DNA of 35,388 nt from Candidatus Bathyarchaeia archaeon (lineage in GTDB: Archaea > Thermoproteota > Bathyarchaeia > Bathyarchaeales > Bathycorpusculaceae): the NCBI GenBank assembly GCA_050010515.1, contig JBEKKX010000024.1:1-35388 (forward strand), read 5' to 3'. The notes below the pieces were generated by a model. The model saw nothing but the letters and a program-made list of their open reading frames with translations, searched no databases and had not been told where the DNA came from. Below are positions 1 through 9,630 of the stretch, piece by piece. Both the position numbers and the translations under genes were made by a program. How positions within the stretch are numbered: position 1 is the first letter of the stretch; each line of letters starts with the position of its first letter.

Positions 1-21
1 TTTTTATTACTCAAATGCAAA

Positions 22-126
22 TGTGCGAGCGTGTGTGCGTGCGCGTGTTGTATGAAGAGGTATAGGTATAGGTTGAGTTGAGAGTTGAGTTGAGCAGCTG
101 CCGGGTTTGGTTGGTTGGTTGGTTGG
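22..126. repeat. Cluster of short simple-sequence repeats (GT/GC alternation, AGGTAT x2, GTTGA x4, TTGG x5)
   Basis: Read directly: alternating purine-pyrimidine tract about 22-48; AGGTAT at 58-63 and 64-69; GTTGA at 72, 77, 84, 89; TTGG x5 at 107-126. Confidence 0.7.
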
Positions 127-285
127 ATTAAAATTTAATCCCCAAACCCAAATGTTGATATTTTAGGGACAAGCTAGCGTGCCAATATCATAACTATGTG
201 AATGCTAACTGTAATAGTGCTTCTTAGTCGTGCAGAGAGTTTCTTACTTATTTCTTCTTCAAACAGCTGCTAGATGAATTTATTT

Positions 286-1623
286 CTATGTTTCTTTTGC
301 TACCTCATTAATCGTATCTTCAACTATATCCAGCGCTGAGCCCAGCAGGTCACTTTGTATAGTAAGCGGAGGAACTATCCTTAGCGTTGAAGCACCACAA
401 GTAACAAGTGCTACTCCACGCTTCCAAGAGCGCAAAATAACCTGATAAGCCTTCTGCGGCGCAGGCTTTTTTGTTTCCTTGTCCTCCACAAGCTCGACAC
501 CAATCATTAGACCCATACCACGTACATCTCCAACTATATTGCTGGTTTCTTTCAATTCCTCCAACCTTTTCATCGCATAAGCTCCTTGCTTGTTGGCGTT
601 GTCAAGCAACTGTTGCTCCTTAATGATGTCTATAACTGCGGCTGCCGCTGCACATGATAATGGATTTCCGCCGAAAGTGCTTGCGTGCGAACCACCAGTC
701 CAATCCATAATTTTCGCTTTAGCAATTGTTGCGCCTATGGGTAAGCCTGAAGCTAAAGCCTTTGCAGCGCAGATTATGTCTGGTTCGATGCTCCAGTGTT
801 CAATGGCGAACCATTTTCCTGTTCTGCCTATGCCAGATTGCACTTCATCGTCGATAAGCAGTAAACTATTCTTGTCAGCGATTTTCTTTAGTTTTTGGAA
901 AAATTCTGGCGGAGGAACCACATAGCCGCCTTCTCCTTGGATTGGTTCAAAAAGAATCGCTGCCACATCTTCAGGAGGCATATACTTTTGGAATACTTGC
1001 TCTTCGATAAAGTCTGCGCACCAGTAGTTACAGTTTGGCTGTTCCAATTTGAATGGGCAACGGTAACAATAGGGATAAGGAACATGAGATACACCAGGCA
1101 TGAGGGGAGAAAAATGTCTCCTTTGCGCTGGTTTGCTGGTGGTAAAAGCTAACGAACCCATCGTGCGACCATGGAAAGCGTTGATGAAGCCAATAAATAA
1201 TGGTTTCCGCGTGTGCCATCTAGCAAGTTTTACTGCTGCTTCAACCGCTTCAGTGCCGCTGTTACCAAAATAGGTCTTTTTCTCAAATTCGCCAGGAGTT
1301 ATTTTTGCTAATTTTTCTGCTAGGTTGATTACTTCTTTGTAGTAGAAGTCAGTGTTAGAATAATGCAGAAAACGGTCACATTGACTTTTTATGGCCTCAA
1401 CCACGCGGGGGTGATTATGGCCAACGTTCATGCAGGCTATGCCAGAGTTAAGGTCAATGTACTCGTTTCCATCAACGTCCTTAACTATGCAATCGTTTGC
1501 TGACTCAACAACAAGTGGGTAATACCGCAGGTATGATGGGGAAACAAACTGTTCATCCTTCTGCACAAGCTCTCTAGCTCTAGGACCAGGCGGGGAAACA
1601 ACAATTTTTGGATAAGTAGCCAT
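286..1623 (-). CDS. Class III PLP-dependent aminotransferase (ornithine / 4-aminobutyrate aminotransferase-like)
   Basis: 445 aa ORF with class III motifs NSGTEAVEAA, FHGRT, EPIQGEGG, DEVQSGIGRTG and PLP-lysine AKALASG. Confidence 0.9.
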   Translation of the reverse strand: MATYPKIVVSPPGPRARELVQKDEQFVSPSYLRYYPLVVESANDCIVKDVDGNEYIDLNSGIACMNVGHNHPRVVEAIKSQCDRFLHYSNTDFYYKEVINLAEKLAKITPGEFEKKTYFGNSGTEAVEAAVKLARWHTRKPLFIGFINAFHGRTMGSLAFTTSKPAQRRHFSPLMPGVSHVPYPYCYRCPFKLEQPNCNYWCADFIEEQVFQKYMPPEDVAAILFEPIQGEGGYVVPPPEFFQKLKKIADKNSLLLIDDEVQSGIGRTGKWFAIEHWSIEPDIICAAKALASGLPIGATIAKAKIMDWTGGSHASTFGGNPLSCAAAAAVIDIIKEQQLLDNANKQGAYAMKRLEELKETSNIVGDVRGMGLMIGVELVEDKETKKPAPQKAYQVILRSWKRGVALVTCGASTLRIVPPLTIQSDLLGSALDIVEDTINEVAKET

Positions 1624-1694
1624 TTTTTAATTAACTCCATCAAAAAACTAGTTAAGAAGCAATATTAACCTTTACGCGCCGAAAGAAACAGCGT

Positions 1695-3527
1695 TTAACG
1701 CCACAAGACTATTAACAGCAAGATTAAAAATAGCCCTTCTAACCCAAAGATTGGAATTAACGATTGTTTTGCCCTTTGAATTGCCTTATCAACAAGAAGA
1801 GTTATTGATTTCAAACGAGCTTCCCCAATCACCCTGACATCAGGAACAACAAAATGCAAAAAACCAGCCTTTGAAAATTCGAGGTTTGCTTCTGCCTTCT
1901 TTGCCGCATCACAAATATATTGAATCAGCAACTCATTGTCCATGACTTCACCTACGGTGTGGTAGCCACGCCGCCCAGCACGCCGTCCAGTAATCAATGC
2001 ACTTACCGCATGTGTGTCAGTTGTGAAGACTTCGCTGGCATCAAATCCCTTGGAAGTTAATGCAGCAATGATTTTTTCTCGTAAACTAGGAATCATGTTG
2101 TTTCCATCAATAACGATGTATGCGGTTTTCTGTTTCTCTAATTGAACAACTATTGCAGTGATTCCTCCAGTCCCCATCCCTGCTTTTAGCGAAAACTCTT
2201 TCGGAAACACGCTTGCCGATCCAATCATGAACTGTTCAGTCGGTAATTCAACGACTTTTTGGAGGCATTTAGAAGCCGCCGTTTTTAACTCGTCCAAATG
2301 TTCTTCCGTATCAACTATATTGGTAAGGCTGTTGTGAGTATTAACCACTAAAGCACCTTTTAGCCCGTATTTTGCTGCTTCCTCACTAACCATGCGTCCT
2401 AACTCTTGCGGCATATCTTCAGTTGTTTTTGGAGCAAGCGTAAAAGAAAGAAATACGGTGTCCCCAAAAATTTGGCATGAAGCGGTAGCTGCACCCTCGG
2501 TAACTTTAACAAAAGGAGAGGCTAAATCAGCTGTTGCCTTAAACTTCGCAGAAACTATAACCTGAGAAACTATTTTATGATTCTGCTCTTGCGAGACTAA
2601 ATCAAGCTCATGACCAAGAAGCCCAAGAGGAGTACAAGCGTCACAGCCATATTCTCTTTCAAACCCCTCCTTAAGCAGAGACGGCAAAAGGCTGCTGCCT
2701 ATGTTCTTGAATGGACCTGGGTGCACAAGTGGAACAATGATGGCGGCTTTAGGCTTGGAGGCGTCAAACTTTAGAAGATTAACTTCGATACCCTCAGTTT
2801 GCCCCATCTCTTCCAGGTACTTTTCAAGAGGAGCATTTTGGTCGGTTACCCAGTTAACTATAAACGCCCTAAACAGAGGAATCGATGACATGGAATAGGT
2901 TTTCTGGCTTAAACGTTCTATAAAGTAAAAAAACAGGGTCACTGCAACGAAGCCAATTACTGGAGCGATAATTATGAAAGACAAAACTTGGATAACAATT
3001 ACACTTGAAATGCCAGCCCAAAAAACGAGGAAGGCAAGCACGCAAAGGGTAGGTTGCAGCAAAACAGATATGCCTTTCTTCCAGTTAACTGCCGTTGACG
3101 TTGCAATGAGCACGATGATTCTCAGAGTTATAATGGCAGCGTAGCCTAGCAGACTTAGCTTAACCCATAATAACCAACCGAATGAGAAGCTTAAAGCAAC
3201 GCCTATAACAGTGAAAACAAGCCAAACGCCTAAGCCGACGAGGGAGAGAAACAGAGTACGCCGCAACGAGTAAATTTGGTCATTTCTAAGAAGGACCTTG
3301 CTCATCACTAAGTCAGCTAAAAGTGTTAAAGCAAAAAGAGAAAGACCAAGAACTAAACCATCAATTAATCCCCGAGATAAGGAGGCAGCTAAAGTTGAAA
3401 GACCAATTACAAAGCAGAGTACCGCGACCGCTAAAAATGATTTTTTGAATGATGGAAGAGTAAACATGGAGGAATAGTGTTTCGCTGCACCGTCTATTGA
3501 GCGATTTAGTGAACTCTTACTCTCCAT
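1695..3527 (-). CDS. DUF2070-family membrane protein (N-terminal TM bundle plus predicted neutral-ceramidase-like hydrolase domain)
   Basis: 610 aa; about 6 hydrophobic helices in the first 205 aa and one at the C-terminus; motifs VHPGPF, NTHN, DGNN, TTDTH typical of the family. Confidence 0.8.
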   Translation of the reverse strand: MESKSSLNRSIDGAAKHYSSMFTLPSFKKSFLAVAVLCFVIGLSTLAASLSRGLIDGLVLGLSLFALTLLADLVMSKVLLRNDQIYSLRRTLFLSLVGLGVWLVFTVIGVALSFSFGWLLWVKLSLLGYAAIITLRIIVLIATSTAVNWKKGISVLLQPTLCVLAFLVFWAGISSVIVIQVLSFIIIAPVIGFVAVTLFFYFIERLSQKTYSMSSIPLFRAFIVNWVTDQNAPLEKYLEEMGQTEGIEVNLLKFDASKPKAAIIVPLVHPGPFKNIGSSLLPSLLKEGFEREYGCDACTPLGLLGHELDLVSQEQNHKIVSQVIVSAKFKATADLASPFVKVTEGAATASCQIFGDTVFLSFTLAPKTTEDMPQELGRMVSEEAAKYGLKGALVVNTHNSLTNIVDTEEHLDELKTAASKCLQKVVELPTEQFMIGSASVFPKEFSLKAGMGTGGITAIVVQLEKQKTAYIVIDGNNMIPSLREKIIAALTSKGFDASEVFTTDTHAVSALITGRRAGRRGYHTVGEVMDNELLIQYICDAAKKAEANLEFSKAGFLHFVVPDVRVIGEARLKSITLLVDKAIQRAKQSLIPIFGLEGLFLILLLIVLWR

Positions 3528-3783
3528 ATTTCCAACTCAGTTAGGCTTCCTTATGGAATTAGCGAGACTTATTAAAATTTAGCTAAAGCTGAGCTTAAAT
3601 TTTAGAGCAGGAAACACAAATTTTTTTATAACACAAACTTAAGGCAAGTTGTAATTAGCATGAAGGAGTTTAAAAGTAAGGAAACAAAACGCCGCGTTGC
3701 CATTTTGAACACAGAAGTTAACATGCTTTTACAGGGGAACTGTTTTATCTTTAGAACGACTATTATATTAGTTTGCGAAGTCT

Positions 3784-4074
3784 ATGGCAGATCAAGATTT
3801 GCCCCTCTCAATATTTCACATGCTGGAGAGAAACGTGGGCAAGAAAATAAGAGTTATTATAGATCCAGCTTACGGTTTTGAAGGTACCTTAGCCGCCGTA
3901 ACGCATGAACCAGCAGGAATCTGGCTTTCAGACGCAGAAGCAATTGTTTTAAGATCAACCATTGCTCAGCCTATCCCGCAAGTTACAAGTCGAGAAGAAA
4001 GAAGCGAGCTATTTCTTCATTTAAATTCTGTTCAAAGAATAGAAGTTTTACACGCCACTACACCTAGGCGGTAA
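3784..4074 (+). CDS. Divergent Sm/Lsm-fold protein
   Basis: 96 aa; helix (LERNVGK), then KIRV..FEGTL..IWLSDAE and a terminal LFLH..SVQRIEV strand pattern resembling the Sm fold. Confidence 0.6.
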   Translation: MADQDLPLSIFHMLERNVGKKIRVIIDPAYGFEGTLAAVTHEPAGIWLSDAEAIVLRSTIAQPIPQVTSREERSELFLHLNSVQRIEVLHATTPRR

Positions 4075-4083
4075 AGTCAGCGT

Positions 4084-4263
4084 TTAACCTGCGAAGAACA
4101 CTTTTACTAAAACAGAAAGAACCATCACTGAGACCGCGAAGACGACAAGCAGTTCAGGTCTAATTTTTATTCCTTCGGTCTCTTCCTCAAAGAACCTCAG
4201 CAAACCTGCACTTGCCGCAGGCATTGGACCTGTATCTTTCTTCTTTTTTCGTCTAGTACTCAC
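4084..4263 (-). CDS. secG: Preprotein translocase subunit Sec61beta
   Basis: Signature SAGLLRFFEE...IKIRPE followed by a single C-terminal TM helix; GTG start at 4263 preferred over the ORF-track start at 4284. Confidence 0.9.
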   Translation of the reverse strand: MSTRRKKKKDTGPMPAASAGLLRFFEEETEGIKIRPELLVVFAVSVMVLSVLVKVFFAG

Positions 4264-4394
4264 CAAATATCCCTGCCCTTTCAATGTATTATATTCATTA
4301 ATTAATGTTACGCAGATTCCAAATTTTTTTGAGGGAACTGATAGTATTTAACTTTGCTCAGAGTTAAGAGTAACCACTAAATCTGTGAGAGTCT

Positions 4395-4685
4395 ATGCAC
4401 ATACACGAATTCCAAGAAATGATGCGGCAGCTATATTTCAAAAGAGACACCGAACGTGGAGTAAACGGAACATACAATTGGCTTGTTGATGAGGTTGCAG
4501 AGTTAGGGGAAGAATTGAAAGGAGGAACAGATAAAGAGGCTACTGAGAAAGAATTTGCAGACGTAATTGCGTGGCTTGCATCTCTTGCTAACATAATGGG
4601 AATCGACCTTGAAAAGGCAGCCATCAACAAATACAACTACAAATGTCCAAAATGCCAGCAGTCACCATGTCAATGCACATTCTAA
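4395..4685 (+). CDS. MazG-like nucleotide pyrophosphohydrolase with C-terminal CxxC...CxC
   Basis: WLVDEVAEL and EKEFADV MazG motifs; C-terminal CPKCQQSPCQC. Confidence 0.85.
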   Translation: MHIHEFQEMMRQLYFKRDTERGVNGTYNWLVDEVAELGEELKGGTDKEATEKEFADVIAWLASLANIMGIDLEKAAINKYNYKCPKCQQSPCQCTF

Positions 4686-4933
4686 CTAACTAGGCGTTTC
4701 TGCCCTAAGCCTGTAGACACCCAATAGTATGGTCTGCGTCCTTTACGGTGAACTATGTCTTCGTTTTCAAGAAGGCGCAAGTGATGCATTACAACGCTAT
4801 AAGATAAAGACGTTTCCTTTGCTATCGTTACTCCATCACATGGCTTGCTCTCGAGAGTTTCTAGGATTTTGGTTCTGGCTTTAACACCGTTACTTACGTT
4901 TCGTACATTTCTTAAGTAGGCATTCGGATGCAA
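4682..4933 (-). CDS. ArsR-like winged helix-turn-helix protein
   Basis: 83 aa; RTKILETL...IAKETSLSYSVVMHHLRLLE..IV pattern; follows DP2 on the same strand and overlaps the MazG stop by 4 bp. Start codon uncertain. Confidence 0.75.
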   Translation of the reverse strand: MHPNAYLRNVRNVSNGVKARTKILETLESKPCDGVTIAKETSLSYSVVMHHLRLLENEDIVHRKGRRPYYWVSTGLGQKRLVS

Positions 4934-4994
4934 AGAGGCCCTTATACCATTTCACCGATAGATAAACAGGCGGTCTACATTGAAAAGCTTTAGC

Positions 4995-7900
4995 TTAGGT
5001 AAAATCAGAAAGGCTGACCTGCTTTGGCTTTTTGTTATCGAACATGGAAGCTATTTCTTCTTTTATGAGGTCCATGCGCTGGGTGTAATAGTTTGGTAAA
5101 CCGTATGTGTCAACAAGTTGCTGAGCCGCCACCAGATACTTCTCTATGCCACCACGGTAAACAGTAAGAGTCAACTTTCCACCACAGAAGGGGCATTTCC
5201 CTTTGAGAGGCAGTCGACGAAACTTTTTGTTGCATGATTTGCACCTAAACGCTTGCGTTGAGAAAGCACGTAAATTCCCTGCTATATCTCTGATGAAATG
5301 AGTGGTTAAAACTTTTAAGGCCACACGCTTGACATCTACAGCGTCAATTTTTTCGCCTAGCTCCAGTTGCATGTTGAGTTTTTCAATCATTGATTTGAAT
5401 TCTTTATAGGCGCTGTTAGCGTTGCCGAGGTTTATGTTTGTCACGGGAGTGGTGTATTGGAAGCCTTCAAACTGCGCTTCAGTCCCAAGCCTATGACTGA
5501 TAACGTCCATAATTGAGCTCACTGATCTAGCTTCAGCTTTCTCTAGAGTTTTTTGGTAAAATTCAAGCGGATAAGAAGCGTCAACGTCAAAATCATGTGC
5601 TTGTCTCTGCACTTCCTTTGTGTTAACAAACGGAATTAATAGTATAGGAGCATCCATAATTCCGCCTATCTGAGCAGGCAAATAGACACGAGAAAAGTTG
5701 AGAAGCGTATCCAATGCCAGCATGATCGTGTCTTCATCACCATCGCAGTCACGACGTTTTGCTGAGTGCCAAATCGGATGAGCATAAATCACGTTACGAG
5801 TCGTATAACCAACTATGCGGCCTAAAATGCAAGCACATGTGTGGGGAGCTAAGCCAAAAACCAAATGCCCAATAAGGTCTTCAGGCTTCTTAACGTTATA
5901 GTAAGCTGGAAGCTTGTAGACTCTTGTCAGCAGGTCATCAATGAAAGCTGCGATTTGAATAAAATATTCTCCTGCCTTCCAAGGAATCACAATATCCTGA
6001 ACCTTAAGCTCACAAACCTGATTAGGATCAGCCAAAGATGCACCGTGTGTATCATAGCAGTATCCTAACTGCCTGATCTTTTCAACGGGCACTCCAACTT
6101 CGGCAGGCGTAAAATGTGTTAAAGGAGCATTTGTAGCATCAAAACGAATTGTTCCATCCTTGTAAACTGATAAATCATACCTTGCCCGCAACACTCCTTT
6201 TTCGATAATTTCAGGTGTTTTATCCTGATTAATTAATCCTTTAACACCACGTAGCATTTTTGGAACAGGATAATTAAGTGACTTGCATGCTGCATCAACC
6301 ATTTCTTTAAAGTTAATCGGTTGCCGCTGGTACTGAATAGCATCCGTTTTACAGGTGGGGCAACTGTTATCCTTCAAGGCTCTACCGCAACGAGGGCAAC
6401 TATTCTCTGCTATAGTGGTGCATCCGCAGCTGGAGCATTTTACCCTTAAAGTATAAGTTTTACAGTTAGGACACTTCCTCTTAACCATCTCGACAAACAC
6501 AGGGCCCTGCTTTGCAGCTTCCAAAAGGTCTCTATGTGAACCGCCAGCTAAGCTTACTGGAAAAAGAACGTGGACAAGAGGCTTCATCTCCCGCCTTTTA
6601 GCTTTCTCGGGCCTTCCCATGCGTGCACCCACAAAGGTAGGCGCTTTGTTCTTAACTTGCACTCCTGAAAGCAGGCTAATTGCCTCAAACACTGTAGCAG
6701 TCTGGGTACTGTCAACCATGTTTGTGGTACTGTAACCAAGACAGAACGCTAAAGCAGCAGCATCTTCGCCTTCCAGCAAAATCTTATTACTTATTAGTTT
6801 ATGTGGAGCAAAGATCAGCCTAAGTAACCTTACAACATCTTCGTTGGCTTCGCCGGAAATTTTGCAAACGACTCCATCTTCAAAGGCAACTTCACAAGAA
6901 GCCAACCATTTTTTCAGCAACTCAACCTCTTGAACACAGGATAGGCTTGACCAAAAGAATGTGCGAGCTGGGTGCAAAGGTATGCCCATGCGAAGGCTGA
7001 GAAGTATTGCTTCTTTAGTCGTGGGTTTATTCCTAAATGGGTCATCCAGAAAACTATTTAGCCTTCCTACAGAAACCTGAGTGGCTTCTGCTGCTTTCTC
7101 ATAATCTAAGCCAAATTTTTCCGTAAGAGCCCCCTGTAGGTCTTTAACCCACCATTCCTCAACGTACCCTGAGGGAGGAAGTCCCTTGCTGGTATAGAGA
7201 AAATCGCCAAAACTAATCAGGATATCCCCTAAAAACAAGATTTTTTGGACCTTACCTTTAACTTCTGCAAAATTTTCCAATGTTACTCGGACCACAGAGT
7301 TATCCTTCAGCAAAACAATGGGAGGCTCAATAGTATCCACAGGGAGTGTAACGCAGCCTTTTCCTGGAAGCTCTAAACGCATTTGGGTGCCTGCAGCAAG
7401 AAAACTCTCTACAACAAGCATAGTGGCGGGATGAATGCCTACAGCTGACAGACCAGTGTTTCGTGATCTGCCATACCTTAACCTAAAGCCACCACGTCTT
7501 GAAGGAAAAGCGAAAATTGGTCGTCCGGCAATCACATCATCCATAAAGCCACCTGATTTCTGTTCAGATTTCTTTTTGAGTTCTCTTAGCCAGTCCCAGC
7601 CTTGAAAACCAAGCTTTTCAATAATTACCAAAACTTTTTGGGCACGTCCAACGATGCCGTCGTTTACTACTCTTAGGGCTCCGCCTCTTACACGGTTAGT
7701 TTCTATCCGTGGAAGGTTTCGGTATGAGGAGACTTCTACTGGGTCTGATTCAGTGCCTGTGACTTCAACTGGAATTAGATTAAGTGCCTTCTTTAATTCG
7801 TCATCAGGAATGTGATATTGAAAACGACCCACTGACCGCTCATATAATCTTAACTCTTCTATAAAACGGGAGATTTCTTCATCTGTAGGCTTGTATTTAT

Positions 7901-8405
7901 CCAAGCCTAATTGGCGACGCACGAAATCGCCTACGACCAAAGTTAACGCTTGGTCTGTTCCGCCTGCTGACCTGATTGGCCCTGCAAAATATATAGCTAA
8001 ATAGCGTGACCTATCGGCGTTAGTTTTTATTTTAACTTGAGTTATGCCTTGTATTGGCGCTGCAGTTAAGCCTTCAGTGAAAATTGCCAGGGCAGTTCGA
8101 ATCGCCTGTTCAGCTGCTTTTTCAGGTTCCATGTGGCCGAATTTGCCCAGAACGATTTCTTCAGCAACTTTAAATGCGATTTCTTCTCTTTGCATTTTAG
8201 TGCCTAATTCTCTGATGCTGAGCGCCACTTCTTTGGGTCCTACTAATCCTTCTACTAAGTCAGCAAGATCTTGGGCAATGATGCACTCAGTTTTTAACGA
8301 GGGATCAAAGCCTTCTGATCTAGCGCTGTCGCTTATAGCATACAATCGCTTTAGCTCATTTTCCATTGTCTCAACGTAGTTCTGATAGCCCTTGCTGATA
8401 TTCAA
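4995..8405 (-). CDS. polC: DNA polymerase D large subunit DP2
   Basis: 1136 aa; YFAGPIRSAGGT, GGFRLRYGRSRNTG, catalytic KRRDCDGDED, zinc fingers and C-terminal PIP box QVSLSDF; no intein apparent. Confidence 0.98.
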   Translation of the reverse strand: MNISKGYQNYVETMENELKRLYAISDSARSEGFDPSLKTECIIAQDLADLVEGLVGPKEVALSIRELGTKMQREEIAFKVAEEIVLGKFGHMEPEKAAEQAIRTALAIFTEGLTAAPIQGITQVKIKTNADRSRYLAIYFAGPIRSAGGTDQALTLVVGDFVRRQLGLDKYKPTDEEISRFIEELRLYERSVGRFQYHIPDDELKKALNLIPVEVTGTESDPVEVSSYRNLPRIETNRVRGGALRVVNDGIVGRAQKVLVIIEKLGFQGWDWLRELKKKSEQKSGGFMDDVIAGRPIFAFPSRRGGFRLRYGRSRNTGLSAVGIHPATMLVVESFLAAGTQMRLELPGKGCVTLPVDTIEPPIVLLKDNSVVRVTLENFAEVKGKVQKILFLGDILISFGDFLYTSKGLPPSGYVEEWWVKDLQGALTEKFGLDYEKAAEATQVSVGRLNSFLDDPFRNKPTTKEAILLSLRMGIPLHPARTFFWSSLSCVQEVELLKKWLASCEVAFEDGVVCKISGEANEDVVRLLRLIFAPHKLISNKILLEGEDAAALAFCLGYSTTNMVDSTQTATVFEAISLLSGVQVKNKAPTFVGARMGRPEKAKRREMKPLVHVLFPVSLAGGSHRDLLEAAKQGPVFVEMVKRKCPNCKTYTLRVKCSSCGCTTIAENSCPRCGRALKDNSCPTCKTDAIQYQRQPINFKEMVDAACKSLNYPVPKMLRGVKGLINQDKTPEIIEKGVLRARYDLSVYKDGTIRFDATNAPLTHFTPAEVGVPVEKIRQLGYCYDTHGASLADPNQVCELKVQDIVIPWKAGEYFIQIAAFIDDLLTRVYKLPAYYNVKKPEDLIGHLVFGLAPHTCACILGRIVGYTTRNVIYAHPIWHSAKRRDCDGDEDTIMLALDTLLNFSRVYLPAQIGGIMDAPILLIPFVNTKEVQRQAHDFDVDASYPLEFYQKTLEKAEARSVSSIMDVISHRLGTEAQFEGFQYTTPVTNINLGNANSAYKEFKSMIEKLNMQLELGEKIDAVDVKRVALKVLTTHFIRDIAGNLRAFSTQAFRCKSCNKKFRRLPLKGKCPFCGGKLTLTVYRGGIEKYLVAAQQLVDTYGLPNYYTQRMDLIKEEIASMFDNKKPKQVSLSDFT

Positions 8406-8486
8406 AGCGCAACTTCCAGTGGCAACATATAGAGCAATGGGTTATTTTGGCTTTCGAAAAACTAAATACAAAAGGCAAGAAAGATT

Positions 8487-9245
8487 TTAAGCATTAACCT
8501 TAATACCTTTAATTGCCCCGATGATTTCAGAAACCCTTTGCTTAGCATCACTCGTCTCAGTGACGTTGCCGGTGACGATTATGTCTGCTCCTGCAGAGAC
8601 AGCAGCCATTGCTTGCTCTTTAGTTCTTATTCCTCCACCTACTATGAGGGGAATTTCAAGCACATGTTTGACTACACGAATCATTTCTGGGGGCACAGGG
8701 TTTGTTGCTCCAGAACCGCCTTCAAGATAAATAAAGCGCATCCCAAGGTATTGACCTGCAAGGGCGTGAGCGGCTGCAAGTTCAGGCTTTGTATACGGTA
8801 CTGAGATCGCTTTTCCTACTACGCCAGCAGTGCCGCCGTCCCCAACGATTATGTAACCCATAGAAATAGGTTCTAAACCGTACTTTTTGACGATTGGGGC
8901 TCCAAGAATCTGGGCGCCCATGAGAAAATAAGGATCAACCGAATTCAGAAGCGACATAAACCATATGGCGTCTGCATAGCTACTAATTCCAGTTATGTTG
9001 TTTGGGAACAGTATTGTAGGAATTTTTACTGCGGACTTTATGGCTTTTACGACGTCGTCAAGGTGGGCTTGAGACGCAAATGTTGAGCCTCCAATCATTA
9101 TGGCGGCGGTTCCGCTATTTTCAGAGTTTTCAGCAATTTGCGAAGCTTGTAGGGCTGATACTTTTTCTGGGTCGATGAGGGTTATGTGGATTGAACCATC
9201 GGTTTTTATTTTTTCGAGTAAGTACTTTTCGATAGGCCCTAGCAA
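8487..9245 (-). CDS. Geranylgeranylglyceryl phosphate synthase (GGGPS)
   Basis: HITLIDPEK, IMIGGS, YLEGGSG, VGGGIR and IIVTGN motifs of the GGGPS/PcrB TIM barrel. Confidence 0.95.
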   Translation of the reverse strand: MLGPIEKYLLEKIKTDGSIHITLIDPEKVSALQASQIAENSENSGTAAIMIGGSTFASQAHLDDVVKAIKSAVKIPTILFPNNITGISSYADAIWFMSLLNSVDPYFLMGAQILGAPIVKKYGLEPISMGYIIVGDGGTAGVVGKAISVPYTKPELAAAHALAGQYLGMRFIYLEGGSGATNPVPPEMIRVVKHVLEIPLIVGGGIRTKEQAMAAVSAGADIIVTGNVTETSDAKQRVSEIIGAIKGIKVNA

Positions 9246-9261
9246 AGTGATAATCCTTCGA

Positions 9262-9531
9262 TTATTCTTTTTTTACGTTTGTTACAGGTGTTCTTCTTGT
9301 AGAACCATAAACGCGGTCTGTTAGCATACAGTAAACGTCAACTTCACCTTGGGCAGGTTTAACTGGGAATTCTTCTTTAATACCGCAACTGCTGCATTGT
9401 ACAACGGCATGGCCACCGTCTTCTCTGAATATTTCAACTCTTACTGTCTCTTTTCCGCATCTTGGGCAAGAGAAGAATTTAGGTAAACGTTTCTTAGGAA
9501 TATGAACTACTTTTTTCCTTCTTCGCCCCAT
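9262..9531 (-). CDS. elf1: Transcription elongation factor Elf1
   Basis: MGRRRKK N-terminus, LPKFFSCPRC...CSSCG zinc ribbon, EVDVY motif. Confidence 0.92.
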   Translation of the reverse strand: MGRRRKKVVHIPKKRLPKFFSCPRCGKETVRVEIFREDGGHAVVQCSSCGIKEEFPVKPAQGEVDVYCMLTDRVYGSTRRTPVTNVKKE

Positions 9532-9630
9532 TTATAACAGCCTCTAAATCGATGGTGATGTTGAGTAATATTTATGCTTGTCCTTAAATACTTGCCTAGA
9601 AACCAAGAATATGAGACTGCGTGAAGCCAA

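Noticed and set aside
4995-8405. Intein in DP2 (also checked in Cdc6)
   Set aside because: Lengths are normal and the catalytic motifs are uninterrupted.
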